Assembly (NCBI RefSeq): GCF_009914755.1 | Contig: NC_060925.1 | DNA from: the human T2T-CHM13v2.0 reference genome, Homo sapiens | Direction: 5' to 3' (one strand) | DNA: 64,000 nt | Part shown: in pieces, positions 1 through 17,085 of the stretch | How positions within the stretch are numbered: position 1 is the stretch's first letter | How the letters are laid out: each line of letters starts with the position of its first letter | The notes under the pieces: generated by a model | What the model was told of the DNA's origin: nothing | The model's database searches: none | What the model saw: the letters and a program-made list of their open reading frames with translations, nothing else | Program-made: the position numbers and the translations under genes

Positions 1-1053
1 TTGGGAGGCTGATGTGGGAGGATTGCTTGAGCCCAGAAGTTCAAGGCTGCAGTGAGCTATGATCCTGCCACTGCACTCCAGCTTGGGTAACAGAGCAAGG
101 CCCGGTCTCAAGGTCTCAAAAAAAAAAAAAAAGAGACCGGGCACAGTGGCTCACACTGAAATCCCAGCACTTTGGGAGGCCGAGGCAGGCGGATCACTTA
201 AGGCCAGGAGTTCAAGACTAGCCTGGCCAGCGTGGTGAAATTCCATCTTTACTAGAAATACAAGAATTAGCAGGGTGTGGTGGCACATGCCTGTAGTTCC
301 AGATACTCAGGAGGTTGAGGATCACTTGAACCCAGGAGGCAAAGGTTGCAGGGAGCCGGGATTGTGCAACTGTACTCCAGTCTGGGCAACAGAGCAAGAC
401 TCTGTCTCAAGAAAAAAAAAAAAAAAAAAAAAAAAAAAGAAGTGTGGCTCATGTCTGTAATCCCAGCACTTTGGGAGGCCAAGACAGGAGGAGTACTTGA
501 GCCCAGGTGTTCAAGACCAGCTTGGGCAACATAGGGAGACTCCTGTTAAAAAAAAAAAAAAGATAAAAGTTTACTGCATGACTTAAGGTTTTTTCCCTTG
601 TTATATGCAAATATTCTTGTAAGAAGTAACATATTAAGCTTTATACTTTCAGTAGAAATATTCTGTCTGATTCCTTTCTGAGACCAGTTTTGCATAATGG
701 AGAGGGAGTGTGTGCAGAGTTCCTATAGGAGTTTGGGGTGGGGGTGGTGAGCCATACAGAAGGGAAGCGGGTGGGCAGCATTGGTTAGACAGTAAGTGAT
801 CATGGTGTGCTACATGTCTCTACTCTTGCTTAGGATTATGATCTTACAGCAGTCTTGAATACAAGGATGAGGCAATAGTCACAAGGAACAGGCTTGGCTA
901 TTTTAAAATGCAGTTTGGCCAGGCCCAGTGGCTCATACCTGTAATCCCAGCACTTTGGGAAGCCAAGGTAGACAGATCACTGGAGCCCAGGAGTTCAAGA
1001 CAAACCTGGGCAACATGGTGAAATCCCATCTCTACAAAAACTACAAAAAGTTA

Positions 1054-1266
<213 letters not shown>

Positions 1267-1324
1267 TCAGGTGTGGCAAGGCCAACATCCCAGGAGGCAA
1301 TTGTCACTGAAAAGCAAGTTAAAG

Positions 1325-1682
1325 CAAAATTATGGAGACAGTAAAAAGATCAGCAGTTGTTGGGTGAGGAAGGGATGACTAGGTGAGGCACAGACGATTT
1401 TTAGGGCAATGAATACTGTGTATGATACTATAATGGTGGACACATGTCACTATGCATTTGTCTAAACCCATAGAAGGCGCAACACCAAAAATGAACCCTA
1501 ATTTAAACCGTGGACCTTGGGTGTTGTGCGTGCTGATGCAGGTTCATCAGTTGTAACAACTGCTGTGGCGGGAGATGATGATAATCGGGGAGGCTGTGCA
1601 TGTGTGGGGGCCAGTAGTATCTGGGAACTGTTTGTACTTTTCTCTCAATTTGGCTGTGAACATAAAACTGCTCTAAAAAAAA
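1325..1682 (+). mobile_element. Old L1 (L1MC-like) 3' end fragment
   Basis: Typical L1M 3' UTR text (...gatactataatggtggacacatgtc...aactgctctaaaaaa). Confidence 0.7.
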
Positions 1683-1699
1683 ATTATCTTTACAAGTTG

Positions 1700-2158
1700 T
1701 TGTACTCACAGAGCCCAAGAGGAAGGGGGCACACTAAGCCCAGGAGGCCACCTGGGGAAGCACCAGGGTTGCTCCAGAAGAGGGCACCAGGGGAAAATGT
1801 GGGAAAGCGCCTTTATTCTTTCCATGGGAAGGAAAGAAAGGGGAGGCAGGGTAAGCAGGTTTAGGATTGGGGAGTTTGAATAATTTCAGCAGGATCTGGG
1901 GTCACAGGAGTTATCTCTAATTGTCTGGTACCAGGCCCTGGGTGATTAGGTCAGGGGGACAGTGGCCTTGAGTTTGAGCCAGATGGAGGTGGTCACAGGG
2001 TGTGGGCTCTGGATTGGTTGGTTTGCATATGAAAGCTGTCCTCCCAGGTGAGTCCTTTGCTAACCGTAGGAACTGGCTACCCCTGGGAGGGGCAGTCCCT
2101 CTCACGTTTGCAAGGCCCAGACAGCAAAGCATCAGAATAAAAAGACATGCTTAATACA
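1700..2158 (-). mobile_element. ERVL-class solo LTR (MER74/MER54/MER73-like)
   Basis: Reverse strand begins TGTATTAAGCATGTCTTTTTATTCTGATGC, typical of this LTR group. Confidence 0.6.
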
Positions 2159-2931
2159 CTGGGCTTTTCTCTTGCTGAACCTCTGAGTCACTTCTCTGCC
2201 CTTTGAGCAACTTGTTCCCCGCTCAGGATTCTCAGGTGTTCAGGACAGTGGGAGGAAAGTCAGTGCATCCCCTGAGGCCGGAGCGCCTACACAGCCGAGA
2301 GGGTCGGGAAGACATGTTCTGCCTTTGATCATTTGTTTGCTCAGCTCTCCTAAATTTAGATTTCAGGCAGAGAGGATCACCACAGAAGTCTTAATCCTCT
2401 GGTTCTACCACATTTCATCAAAGCCACACATTATTTTACATTTTCACATCTCCAGAGTCAGGGTACCTTGTTTGAGTTGCTGGGGTTCAGCTTCAACAAA
2501 TTATAGTACTGGAAAAAATTTCTCCCTGGAAGGAGGTGAAGAAAACATTCAGCTAGCTCTCAGGTGCAGGCTGGGCCAGACAGCCATGCTGCCCACAGTG
2601 AGCCAGCTCAGTAGCTGCTGCAGCTGCCTGCCCCTGATCCCAGCTACCCTTCTCTCCTCTCCACCCCTGCCTCTGTGTGGCTGCAGTTGTTAGCCTCCCT
2701 AAAAGTGTTAATGCCCTGGAGGTGGGTGGGTCCTCCATCCCTGGGATATCCCTCAGTCTAGAGTGCACCATGTAAGTAGTTAAAACCCATAAGCTGGCCA
2801 GGCGCAGTGGCTCATGCCTGTAAACCCAGCACTTTGGGAGGCCGAGGTGGCAGGATTGCATGAGGCCAAGAGTTTGGGACCAGGCTGGGCAACATAGCGA
2901 GACCCCATCTTTACAAAAAATTAAAGAGTTA

Positions 2932-3108
<177 letters not shown>

Positions 3109-4218
3109 TCATAAGCCAAAATGTATATGTAACTGAGGACATCCTCAATGTGCATTCCAAACTCCAGGGGCAATTGGGAGTACCCCCCGGGACATGGCAG
3201 GCCTTCATTATTCCTAGCCTCAAATCCACAGAGCTATTTATCCATCCTTTTAGTCACATCATTGGAGCACCTATTGAGTGCAAGGCTGTGCTAGGTGCTC
3301 AAGAAAAAAAGGTGTCTAAGACACAAGTTTGTCTAATAGGCTAGTCTATGTTTAAAAAAAAAAAAAAAAAGACACAATCAGTCCATGCCCTTAAGGAAAT
3401 CATAATCTGGCAAAGTCCTCATACCCGAGAAGGAAAATGGGTTTATTCCAGGCTGCTGCGGAAACCAGTTTCTTGGACAATCTGAATGGCTCCTGGAGAG
3501 TCCTGGAAACTTTTATTTCATTCCCTGCGTCTCCTTCTCCCTATCTGAGGTTGTGCAGGGGTGAGGAAACCCCTTTGTTCTTCATTCTAAAGGTTGCATT
3601 GGCCTAGGAGGGTATCCAGGGCAGGGACTGATTCACTAGGTCAAATGGAGTTTCCTTAGATCGACCTGAGACCAGTACCAGCTGCTTCCCTTCTCCCCCT
3701 GTGCAGGCAACACACACCTCCGGCAGGGACTTGGTGCTGCCTATGGGGGAGAGGGACAGGGTGCCCGAGGTTCCCTGTTCTTCTGTGCTGCCAGGGAGAG
3801 GTAAGAGAGAGTGACCGCCTTCCTGTACACAGGTGGCAGAACCATCTGTAACCTTCCTCTCTGATGCTGCCTCGCCGATTGCCATGCCTTCTCTCTTAGG
3901 CCCAGAACACACACCCAGGCTGTTAGGAGCAGCCCACCGCTCCCTGGCCCTGCCAGCCTCCTGCAATGTGCAGAGGCTCATTCGATGTGGCAAAGTCTTG
4001 CCAGGACAATTTTTCAAAATCAGGGCATTAAGCAAGTTCCTTGAATTGAGCTGGTTTCCTTTCATCTGTACCTCTTCTTGGATCACTGCAGACTCTGCCT
4101 CAGGACAACTCAAATTTCTTTTCTTTCATTGTCTCAACTCTCAGAATATAAGAGTTGCTGGGCATGGTGGCTCACGCCTGTAATTCCAGCACTTTGGGAG
4201 GCTGAGGTGGGTGGATCA

Positions 4219-4431
<213 letters not shown>

Positions 4432-5454
4432 TCAAAAAAAAAAAAAAAAAAAAAAAAAGGAGTTGGTTTCAGGCAATGTGAGGAGAGAGAAATACTGCAT
4501 GCCATCTGTACACAAAGTCTGGAGGACTGCCCCAACCTTGTCCCTACACTTCAGCTATGCCATCCACAGTTGCCATGGGAGGGTCCCTTAATAAATGTGT
4601 CAATACTAAAATTTCTCTGGAATGTTTCAAAATCACTAACATTTCATTCTGAATGTGGAAGAAAACCAAAAAGAGATTATGAAAATATTAAGGGCTATAT
4701 TGTGACAGATCGTTAACATTTTTAGGGCTTTTTTTTTTAGGTTTTTAAAAAAATATTAAATTCAGGCGAGCCATCCCTCCCCTGCATCTGGCCCCTTTAC
4801 ACATACAAAATGATGTATTTTATGCTGGTTATTTAATTTAACAACTTACCGAGAAAAGATGTATACTAAGAAAAGTAGGGGTACCTACCTACCAGTCAGT
4901 GGGGAGAAAATTAAGAAAGAAATGCCCCTTTTGCTATAGAGGGAAGGAAGAAAGTGAAACCCAAAAAAGTCAGGCATTTTCACAGATGACTTCCTTGTGG
5001 ATAGCTAAAGTATGTACTGGCTTTGCAACTCTAAAAAACAGCTTTTTTTTTTTTTTTTTTTGTGAAACAAGATGGTTTGTCGGCATTTATAGCTCTTTGC
5101 CCATTTCAAGTAATTTTTATGTAATTTTTAAATGTGATCTGGTGCCTTCAAAGTTTCAGAGAAATAGAGAAAGGCTTTAGGACTGCAGATAGCGCCTGAT
5201 AAAGTTGAACTATCGCTACTACTTATTAAGTGTCTCTTATGAGCCAGTACTGTGCTGGGTGCTTGCTACTCACTACTTTCAAATAATGGTCCTGAAAGTG
5301 AACATTAATATCCCCTTTTGCAAATGAGGAAACCGAGGTTCAGAGAGGTTAAGTAACATGCCCAAGGTCACACAGCTAAGTGGTATCGCTGGGACTTGAA
5401 CCCATGTCTTCCGAGGCCATGGCAGCTGCGAACTCTTCCATCCTGTGCTGAGGA

Positions 5455-6108
5455 GGTGTGTCAGTTATAAACGCATTGCCTCTCAGAGCTGAATGCACCC
5501 TCCCATGTATGCTGTCTGAAGAACAAGAGCTTTGAAGTGAGCGCGATGTTGAACTATCTCAGTAGAGGGCGCTGGAGGGACATCGTGGGAGGAAAAAGGT
5601 CTGCAGTTTTCCTGTCCTGCGTCCATAGGTGGTATGACTGTGAGGACATTTGTTGGAGTCCTACCCCAGCCACGGACCCAGAGCGAAGTTCTTCTGTGAC
5701 CTCACAGCCACAGCCTGGCCATAACCTTTCCACAGCCCTCCCAACAAGGAACCCAGAGTCCCTGCACACGGACCTCAGTGCTCTGGAGGCCTCCTGCCTG
5801 TGCCTGCCCTGACTCCCACCATGCCCTTGCCACACGTTGCAGGTTGCCCTCCTCACCTGCACTGGGAGGCGGCCTATTGCAGCTGCAGACCAGCTGAGGC
5901 CTGCACACCTTAGCCACCTTCTCTGCAAGCTGATGTGCTGAACCTCACCTTCCCCTTCCAAGCTTGTCCGGCACCCTCCCTCAGCCCTAGGTGCCTATGG
6001 AGTTCACGTCTATCTATAGTTGCTCTTTCATCACGGTTAGTAATTCTTTAAAGTAAACTTCCCCAGCTTAACCCACTGTGTGATTTCTATCTCCCGACTG
6101 GACCCAGA
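5455..6108 (+). mobile_element. LTR33-like solo LTR, preceded by a MIR (~5215-5450)
   Basis: Starts tgtgtcagttataaacgcattgcctctcag and ends ...tgatttctatctcccgactggaccc. MIR core gaggaaaccgaggttcagagaggttaagtaac lies upstream. Confidence 0.6.
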
Positions 6109-6952
6109 TGGCTACTGGAGGCTTCAGAAGAGTCTCAAAGATGCTGCTCAGCACTTTGTGGGGTGACCCACTCCTGGGGCTGAGCTCAGGTCCCAGTGGG
6201 TTGCCTTGTAAACTCTCAGCTCCTGGGCTGTGCACTCAATCCTCTTATCAGTTCTTCTACCCTCACTGGCAAAGAAGAGGCAGCAAAAGTGCCTGGCTGG
6301 TGCCAAGTTCCCTGCTGAATCCCACCATGGCCCTTACGGCTCTGAGCAAGGAGCCCTTCAGATTGTGCCTTGCAGGAACCACTCCTTATGTGCATTAGCT
6401 GGAATAAACATGAACTGCAATAAAACAAAATGTCAGGGAATGGCTTCCAGGATGACGGCAAGGCCAGTTCCCATTTGGCAGGGGCGATGGTTAAGTTATG
6501 AGCCTGCTGGCTTCTTCTAGGTCATGTCAGCCAGGAGCATCTGGCAATGGTCAGACTCCAGGAATAGAGCCATCTGGCATGCGGGTGGAAGCCCAGAATA
6601 GAGGATGCAAAACCCAAAGGCAGGGAAACAATCTCGTAAAGGGGCCTGGACCTAAGCCGGAAGTCATAGCTCCTAGTTCAGCTCTGCCATGTCCCAGCTG
6701 TGTGACTTTGGGTAAATGACTCCACCTCTCTGAGCCCCAGTATGCTGAGCTGAATTGTTTGGATGATTACATAAGTAACTATAAATGAAATGGCCCTCAA
6801 TAAAGATGTGTCAACACTAAAATTTCTCTGGAATGTTTTAAAATCACTAACATTTCATTGTGAATGTGGAGGAAAACCAAAAAGAGACTGTGAAAATATT
6901 AAGGGCTGTACTGTGTCAGATAGTTAGCATTTTTGGGGCTTTTATTTTTTAA

Positions 6953-7063
<111 letters not shown>

Positions 7064-7771
7064 TGATTCTTCTGCCTCAGCCTCCTGAGTAGCTGGGACT
7101 ACAGGTGCCTGCCACCACGCCTGGCTAATTTTTGTATTTTTAGTAGAGACAGGGTTTTACCATATTGGCCAGGCTGGTCACGAACTCCTGACCTCGTGAT
7201 CCGCCTGCCTCAGCCTCCCAAAGTGCTGGGATTACAGGCGTGAGCCACCACGCCCAGCTGTTTTTTTTCTAGGTTTTTTAAAATGTTAAATTCAGTCCTT
7301 CTGTGGTTTAAAGGTTCATGTCTATTACAAAATTCTGGAAATGTTCTGTGTTCTCTGCCGTCGCTTCTTTATAGACTTGGCATTTTAGAGACCTCAACCC
7401 GGAAACTGAATTTATTAACTCGTTTGCCTGTAGACATAGGCATTGTAATAATTTTCATAGATATTTTCTATCACTGGAAAGTTCAGTCCATATTACATAA
7501 ATGAAAGGAATGAAGTAAAACAAGCTATGCCTAATTATCTACAGGTTGTCAGAAACATCTTAGGAAAGTGAAGACTAGCTAATAGACTATTGTCCTGAGT
7601 ACTGCTCTAACTTGTACTGTCTCTAGAATCAACGCATGTTATTAAAATGTTATGCACATGTTGACATATTGATTATTGAATGATGCTTTAAAACAATAGT
7701 GGAACCCTGGCCAGGTGCAGTGGCTCATGCCTGTAATCCCAGCACTTTGGGAGGCTGAGGCGGGTGGATCA

Positions 7772-8048
<277 letters not shown>

Positions 8049-8434
8049 CTAGTTATATTTTATTCACTGGGTGGCCACTGCTCAGCGCTGCACTGGGTGC
8101 TTCCCTGTGTGACTGCTAATTTGCATGATGACTCCCATGAGGGATTCTCATCCCCATCCTATTCTAGGTGAGGAAAGGGAATCTGCAGCACTTGTGTTGA
8201 ACACCTCAGGTTTCTCCCCTCACCCTCCCCTCACATCCTGCCCACTTTTTTGCAGTCATTGCTGAGGCAACCTGCCTCTTGCAGTTATCACCTGCGGGGA
8301 CCTCGCCTCAGCCACCGTGGCCCAGCTTCTCTGACTTTCTGCATAGAAAGTCTACAAGAACAGGCCAGGCGCCGTGGCTCATGCCTGTAATCCCAGCACT
8401 TTGGGAGGTCAAGATGGGTGGATACTTGAGGTCA

Positions 8435-8929
<495 letters not shown>

Positions 8930-9126
8930 CTAGGATCATGGTCCATATAAACCAACTGCACACAAGCCCTCTTCCAGGCTCTGTTCAACAGGAGACCAGT
9001 CCAAAGCAGGGGCTAAATAACAAACAAAGCAGTCCTTCTCTTGTGACAGTAATAACCAACTCTAATTTATCTTCTAGTAAATTATATATGTATTTTATTA
9101 TATATATAATAAATTTATATATATAA

Positions 9127-9315
<189 letters not shown>

Positions 9316-9974
9316 TAATTTTTGTATTTTTAGTAGAGACAAGTTTTCACCACAGTGGCCAGGCTGGTCTTAAACTCCTGACCTCAAGTGATCTGTCCAC
9401 CTCGGCCTCCCAAAGTGCTAAGGTTACAGGTGTGAGCCACCACACTTGGCTAATTGTATTTTTTTTCTACTTTTCAAAAACTATTATATATACATAAAAT
9501 TTATATATGTATATATATGAAAATTTATATAAGCCCAGAGAAGAAAAAGTTATATATAACTTTGTAGTAATAGTTATGTAGTAAAATATGTCATATTATG
9601 TGTATGTATAAACAAGTGATTTCTATGATTATAAGGAATTTTTTTCTACATAACAACTATTAATACATGATCAAGAAAGTGGTGGTAACAATTTGAGTTG
9701 CAGGTGGAATACAGAAAGGCTGCCTTCTCAGGCCTTACCTTTGTCCACTCAGCCTCACTAAGCTTCTCTACCCAAACCTTCACACCTAGTTCTTGCCACT
9801 CCTGCAAAAAAGCATACCTAGACTTATATTCCAGCCTCCAGAATGCCCCCTTTTCCCTAGATCTGGCCTTGAAACAGATCTTTTGTTCCAAGCATTCCTG
9901 TACCTTTCTGTCTTTTACCTTTAGGGTCTATAAACCAGAGGTCAGCTGAAGGTCTTGAAAGTCAATGAACCTCA

Positions 9975-10220
<246 letters not shown>

Positions 10221-11149
10221 TTACACTCTAGCCTGGGCAACAAGAGTGAAACTCTGTCTCAAAAAAAAAGAAAGAAAGTCACTGAACTTCAGAGGAAGAG
10301 GCCAGAATTCGAGCTTTGCCACTAACTGGTAGATGGCCATGGACAAGCTGAATAACCTCTCTGGGCCTCAGTTTCCATATCTGCAAAAATCAGCCAGCGG
10401 TACCGGATGCTCATTAGGTCCCTTTCCAGTTCCACATTCTTGTACTAATGTAATTTCCTGCTCATGAAAAACATCTACTACTAGAAAAGAACTTCCATGT
10501 TTGGTGTTCAATATAATGGGATGTTGCCCTTATTTCAAAAGTGGAGTAGCTGGAAAGATCAAGAAAAAATATAAAATTAGGAAACACATCTAATAAATCC
10601 CCAAAGACTTGTTAAATGACCACAAAAGAAAAAAAAAGGCAAAACATTGCCACTATTTTTGTACACACACACACACACCACCCACACCCACATACACACA
10701 TGCAGGAGTTTTTATTGAGAATGTAACTTCATTCAACAGTCTGAAATAAGTAATGCCTCATCACACTTCTGGTAATGATGATTCTTTCAATTGTCTCCAC
10801 AGATTCAAGTCTCAAGCTCTACCACTGACCAGCTGGGCAACCTTGGCCCCTTAGCATCTTAGGACTTCACTTTCCTTGGTTGTAAAATTCAGAATTGGAT
10901 CTCTTCTAATTCTAACAATCTAAACATTTTTTAAAAATCCTTTACATCTTATAGGTATTTCATGTGAACCCCACAAAAATTATTCACAGCAGGAATTTTC
11001 TTTGTTATGTTATGGACAAGAAATGAAGATGCAGAGGGTTCAATAACTTGCCCAAGGTCATCCCCAGGCTCTGGCTCTTAGGTTTTCTAACCCCATAGCT
11101 ATGAAGAGCTTGCCTTTCACGTAGAAGGCTCTTTTTAGGAAATATTTTC

Positions 11150-11990
11150 TCATAATTTTAAAGCTTTTCAAGCCTATAGAAAAACTGAAAGAATAGTACA
11201 ATAAGCTCCCCATATACTTAGATTCACCAGTTTGTAATTCACCAGTTATTAATATTTTGCCACAGTTGTTTTACCTTTCTTTCTCTCATTATCTATATAT
11301 TTGCAGTCTTTCTTCAACCATTTGAGAGCAAATTGCAGACATCCTGACGCCTCACCCTGGGTACTTAAGCATGTATCTCCATAGAACAAAGATTTTATCC
11401 TTCGCAACCACAGTATCATTATCTCACCAAGAAACTGAACATTAATACAGTAACATAATAATGAGCAGTCAAATTGCCTCAGTTATCCCAAACCTGTTCC
11501 TCATAGCCTTTTTCCCCCTTGGATGAAGACACCAATCAAGACTCATGCACTACATTTGGTTAACACATTTCTTTAGTCTCTTTAATATAGAACAAGCCCT
11601 TCCCCACCCCTTTTTTCTTTCTTCCTTGGCACTGACATCTTTGACCAGTCCAAACTAATTGTCCAACAACTGGATTTGCTTGCTTATTTCCTCATGATTA
11701 GAACACTTCCTCAACAGGGAATATTTGGGAGCCCACTTTCACAAAAAGTGACACAAATACCATCTTCCCAGCTAATAAGAAGACCTCCCCCAACACCTCA
11801 CCCCCGCACCCCCCCCACACACACACAGACTCACCTTTAGGCAAGAAGGGACCAGGATGAACAGAAGAGCCTCTCAGAAAAAGCCATCTCAAGAATTTGT
11901 CTGATGACTTAAAAGCAGAGGTTCTCAGATTGGACTGAGTAAGAAAACTTTCAGAACAACATATTAAGAAAACTGACAGAGAGGTGCCAT
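11150..11990 (-). mobile_element. Old L1 (L1MC4/5-like) 3' fragment
   Basis: gaaaaactgaaagaatagtacaata...gcaaattgcagacatc is a typical antisense L1MC 3' end. Confidence 0.6.
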
Positions 11991-12434
11991 CTCTTTATTT
12001 TGCCAGGGAAGAACATTTAAAAATAAACAAAAACTTACCACTTATTATCATTTCCCAAATCTATTGTAATTTCATAAATAAAGGTCATTTTAACATCAAA
12101 AGGTACAAATAACAATCTGAGCAAAGGTTCAAAAAAGGATAGTTTTTCAAAAGGGACAATTGACAACTTTCTACTGCTCATATGCAGACACATCTCACCC
12201 GGTCCTTTTATTTCTCCTTTTGCTATGGACTGTGAAAACTGACATGGAGGGGCACAAGAACTCTGAACCACTAATCTAAATGAAGCTCTCAGGAGCTAAA
12301 TTACTAGTAATACTTGAAGGTGATCGCTGTGCTTTCCTTAATTCATCTGTCTTGTGCTAGCTGTGCAGTCTCTAGGAGAAAGGGCAGGCAGGGAGGCCTG
12401 GAGCGCCTGTAGCAGGTCACTACGAGCCATATCA

Positions 12435-13151
<717 letters not shown>

Positions 13152-13173
13152 TCATGCCCGAGCTCCAGAGAGG

Positions 13174-13183
13174 TTTATATATA
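13174..13183 (-). promoter_or_regulatory. MYOC: MYOC TATA box
   Basis: TATATATAAA on the minus strand about 100 nt upstream of the ATG. Confidence 0.9.
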
Positions 13184-13222
13184 CTGGGGAGCCAGCCCTT
13201 CATGGGGGAAGACAGAGGTGGC

Positions 13223-13228
13223 CACGTG
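13223..13228. promoter_or_regulatory. MYOC: E-box (USF-type) in the MYOC proximal promoter
   Basis: CACGTG 40 nt upstream of the TATA box. A USF-bound E-box is an established element of this promoter. Confidence 0.8.
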
Positions 13229-13389
13229 AGGCTGGGTGGGGCTGTGCACAGGGGGGTTGCCTTCACGCTGCCAGCAAGATTCTTAGAAAATAACCTTCCA
13301 GAAGTCTGTTTGGAGTTTCTTTTTAAAAAGAACATCCCAATTTATGCACCCATACCCCAATAATAGTTCCTATATCTCCACCTGGTTTT

Positions 13390-13425
13390 ACACACACACA
13401 CACACACACACACACGTACACACAC
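13390..13425. repeat. (CA/GT)n microsatellite in the MYOC promoter
   Basis: About 13 AC units followed by an interrupted extension. Confidence 0.95.
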
Positions 13426-16400
13426 TTACACCAGGACTACTGGTGTGCTGATTTCAACAAGGATATATTTCTAGTTTATATTTCCATTCACTCTGCAAAC
13501 TCATTGAGAACCTGCACTGTGCCAGGCACTATGCTAGGAACTGGAGATCCAAACAAGTCCTTTAAGACGTAGCAGGGACAGAGAAAAATAACAGCCAGCC
13601 AGAACACAAGGACAGCACCCTACCAGGCTCCAGGGAGAGCATTCCTATAGAAGCGGCAGATTTCCCCCCTCACCCCTAGCTTTAAAACAACTGTGTATCT
13701 TTGGGAGAACTTTCTAATTTCAGTCTTGCATCTCAGGCACCAATGTCAATGTTAGCCTCTAAATCAGTTCTTACTCTGTGTGTGTGCATGCCAAGAACCT
13801 CATTGGTGAAATCTGGGGAACTCTTCTCAGAAAGATGTTTTCAAATATATAAAATATAGATTACAAAGGAAACAAATGATAATGAAATATGATTATCAAA
13901 ATATCAAAATTTTAAACATGTTTTATTAATATGTTAAAAACAAGATCCAGCAGGAGGTCTAATTTCAAAGTAGTTTTGAGTATAAATATTTCACTTACAA
14001 CGTATCTGCAACAACTGTAATATAGTATAAAATGTCTGTGATTTCTATTGGTAATGACAAAATCACAGGTACTGTTATTACCACTTTGAGTTTATGGCTC
14101 TATTCGCAATGGAATAAAATGTTAAATTTAGTTAGAAGGTGGTAAAAACAAAAATGTAATTTTTTCCTCATTCAAATTCACAGGCTTTCTGGACTGTAGG
14201 TTAATAATCCCTGCTTTACATTAATAAACCCAAAGAGAAAAAACAAAAAGCAAATGGCAATAGCCAATAAATATACCAAAACTGTCAGAAGTAACTTTAA
14301 GCCACTTGAAATAATGATTGCCTTTGAGCAACTTTATGTTGTTAATACCAACAACAGTGTCAATACTTGTGAAGTAAATATTTCCAAACTGCCCTGGCAG
14401 ACTCACCTCCAGAGTGGAGAAACACAGTTTGCTCTAAAGATTCTATTCTTATTTGATTGGTTCTGCAGTTAAGCCTGAACTTGAGACATTTACAAATGGG
14501 TGTTTGTTTACAGCTGACCAAAGGGTACTAGTCTCATTTTCTGAATCAGATAGTAAACATCGCTGAAATGATTTTTCAAAAAACCAATCATATAGTCAGC
14601 AAGACCTAGGCTTGAATCTGTTTGGCTTTACTCTTAGGAATGTTTTCTTCCTGTTAAAAGAAACGGGATTGCCCTTGTGCTGCTAACTCCACAGAGAAAA
14701 AGAGTTCCTAATAAGGAGAAACTAAGTAATCTTACAGCCTCAGTTACTACCTTGTGACTTGCTCAGAATTACTCAGCTTGTAAAGGAAAAATATAGTATT
14801 AGAAATCAGGTCTCCCGACTTCCCTTGAACTGATTTTTTCCCCCCACAATATAGCCCTGCCTCCTAGAACCCAGGATCACGTGGACTATAATCCCTGTGG
14901 TCAATTCCCACTGCCCTTGAATGAATCTGTCTTTCTTGCTCATACACTATCCCTCTCTTTTTCTTCTCCTCCCCTGCGCTGCAGGTCACTCCGTGCTGTC
15001 AGCAGTCACTGCTGAGCTGCGTGGGGTGCTGGTCAGGGTGAAAAGTTTAACAATCTCTGGCATTTTCCACTTGCTCTGGCCCAGTTTTTGAATGCCAGGC
15101 AAAAGCTACCACCAGTTAGTCTCTGCATTCTTTTTGGTTATTGGCAAATGCCATTGTCTATGCTTAGGGAAGGAAAATGTGGCTGTTGGGTTCATTGAGC
15201 TTTCCTGAAGCATTGTGGCTCTCGGTCCTGGAGTCTGACGTGATCAGTGAGGACTGATGGAGCACCCAGCTTCTGCCTGCCTTCCTGTCCCCCTCCACCT
15301 CCCCTGTGGCTCAGCTGCTCCAGCTCTGCCTCCTTCCCCTCTCAACATCCCCCCTCACAGAGAATCACAGGGAAGTGTTCACAGAACACGAGAGCTGCAA
15401 GGGTCTTTATAGCAGAGAAGACTATGGCCCAGGGAAGGAGAGACACTTGCCCACGGTCGCACAGCCAACCAATGGCAGAACCAGAAAGAAAACCGAGTCT
15501 CCTGATTCCAAGGTTTTCGACCGTCTTGCATAAGCCAAGTCCACCACAGGGCTGAGTAGTTGCCCAGAAGACATGAAAGAAAAGACTCCAGTCACTTCTT
15601 CCGTGAATTAACGGCCTAGGAAATGAGCTCGCTTCCTATATTCCCATTAAATAAAGGCCTTCGTGAAGGAAAACCCATGCACACCCTGGAATTTTAACAG
15701 CTGACTTTATGAAACTGCATCCCTTCATGAAATAGACTTCTTCTCCTCCAAGCAGAGAAAAGATAAAAAGGCTCACAGGAAGCAACGGAAAACTCCCAGC
15801 CCCGTGAACAACACTGAACATCTGGGCAGCTTCAGCCTTGCCCTTTTCACCTTCCTGCCTTTCAGCACCCGCTCAGCCCCAGCGTCCCCACTCCCTGCAG
15901 TCCCCACCTCCTGGAATTCTCCTGGACGTGGAGGCCCCTTTCCCTCTGAGGAAACACTGTCCCCTCCAGATTCTCCGTTAGACTAGTTTCCCTCTCCATT
16001 TCCTTTCTGGAGCCTGGAGCCAAGGAGTCTCCAGCTCAGATGCACCAGGACGATTCACGGGAAGCGAGGCAGGCCAGCTGCAGCGCTGTGACTGATGGAG
16101 GAGGAGGCTTGGAAGACTCGGGCTTGGGGGCCTCCGGGCACGATGGAGGCAGCAGGGGGCGCTAGGGAGGTGGCCTTGTTAAGGGATGCTGCGCACAATT
16201 CTTCAAGATGGTGTTTATTTCCTTTCTTTCAGCACTGGGTTTAAGTTGGCTGGCTATTAATTTTCTTCTGCACGTCTTCCATGAGAAACTGTCACCTCCA
16301 CGAAGGTAGGGCAGTGACTGCTTTGCTCACCATTTTGTCTCTGGTGTCTGGCAGATATAAGTACTCAATAAATTGTCAATGAATGCCTGGATGAATGAAC

Positions 16401-16862
16401 GAGTCACACAGAAATAGAAAGCAACAGGTCCCTAGAGAGTGATAACAAAACAACCAGTGGCACGGGCTGGCAGGTTGCTCAGGACACCCAGGACCCCGGG
16501 TGCTTGCAGGGCTCCCCCAGCTGGAGAGGAAACCTCTGCCGGGGGCTTCAAGGAGTCTCTGGGGTATGCCCTCCTCCCCTATACACACACACAGATGGCC
16601 CCAAATGGAACTAGTTTATGTATACTCTTATTTCAGTAACGATGTGGAGGCTTACCACAAAAGCATGGTGAATAAAATGGTAACTTAGCCTGAAAATGAG
16701 GATGAGGGAAGAAAGTGATGAGGACCAGTGGTCTGGGACTAGGCAGGCAGCTCATGGCACCATTCCCCATCCCAAGAATCCCTGAAATTATCACAGCTTT
16801 TGTCTGTTTCCCTGTTGGTTTAGTAAACCATTCAAGTTATTCCTTATTAAACACTGACCCTT

Positions 16863-17085
<223 letters not shown>

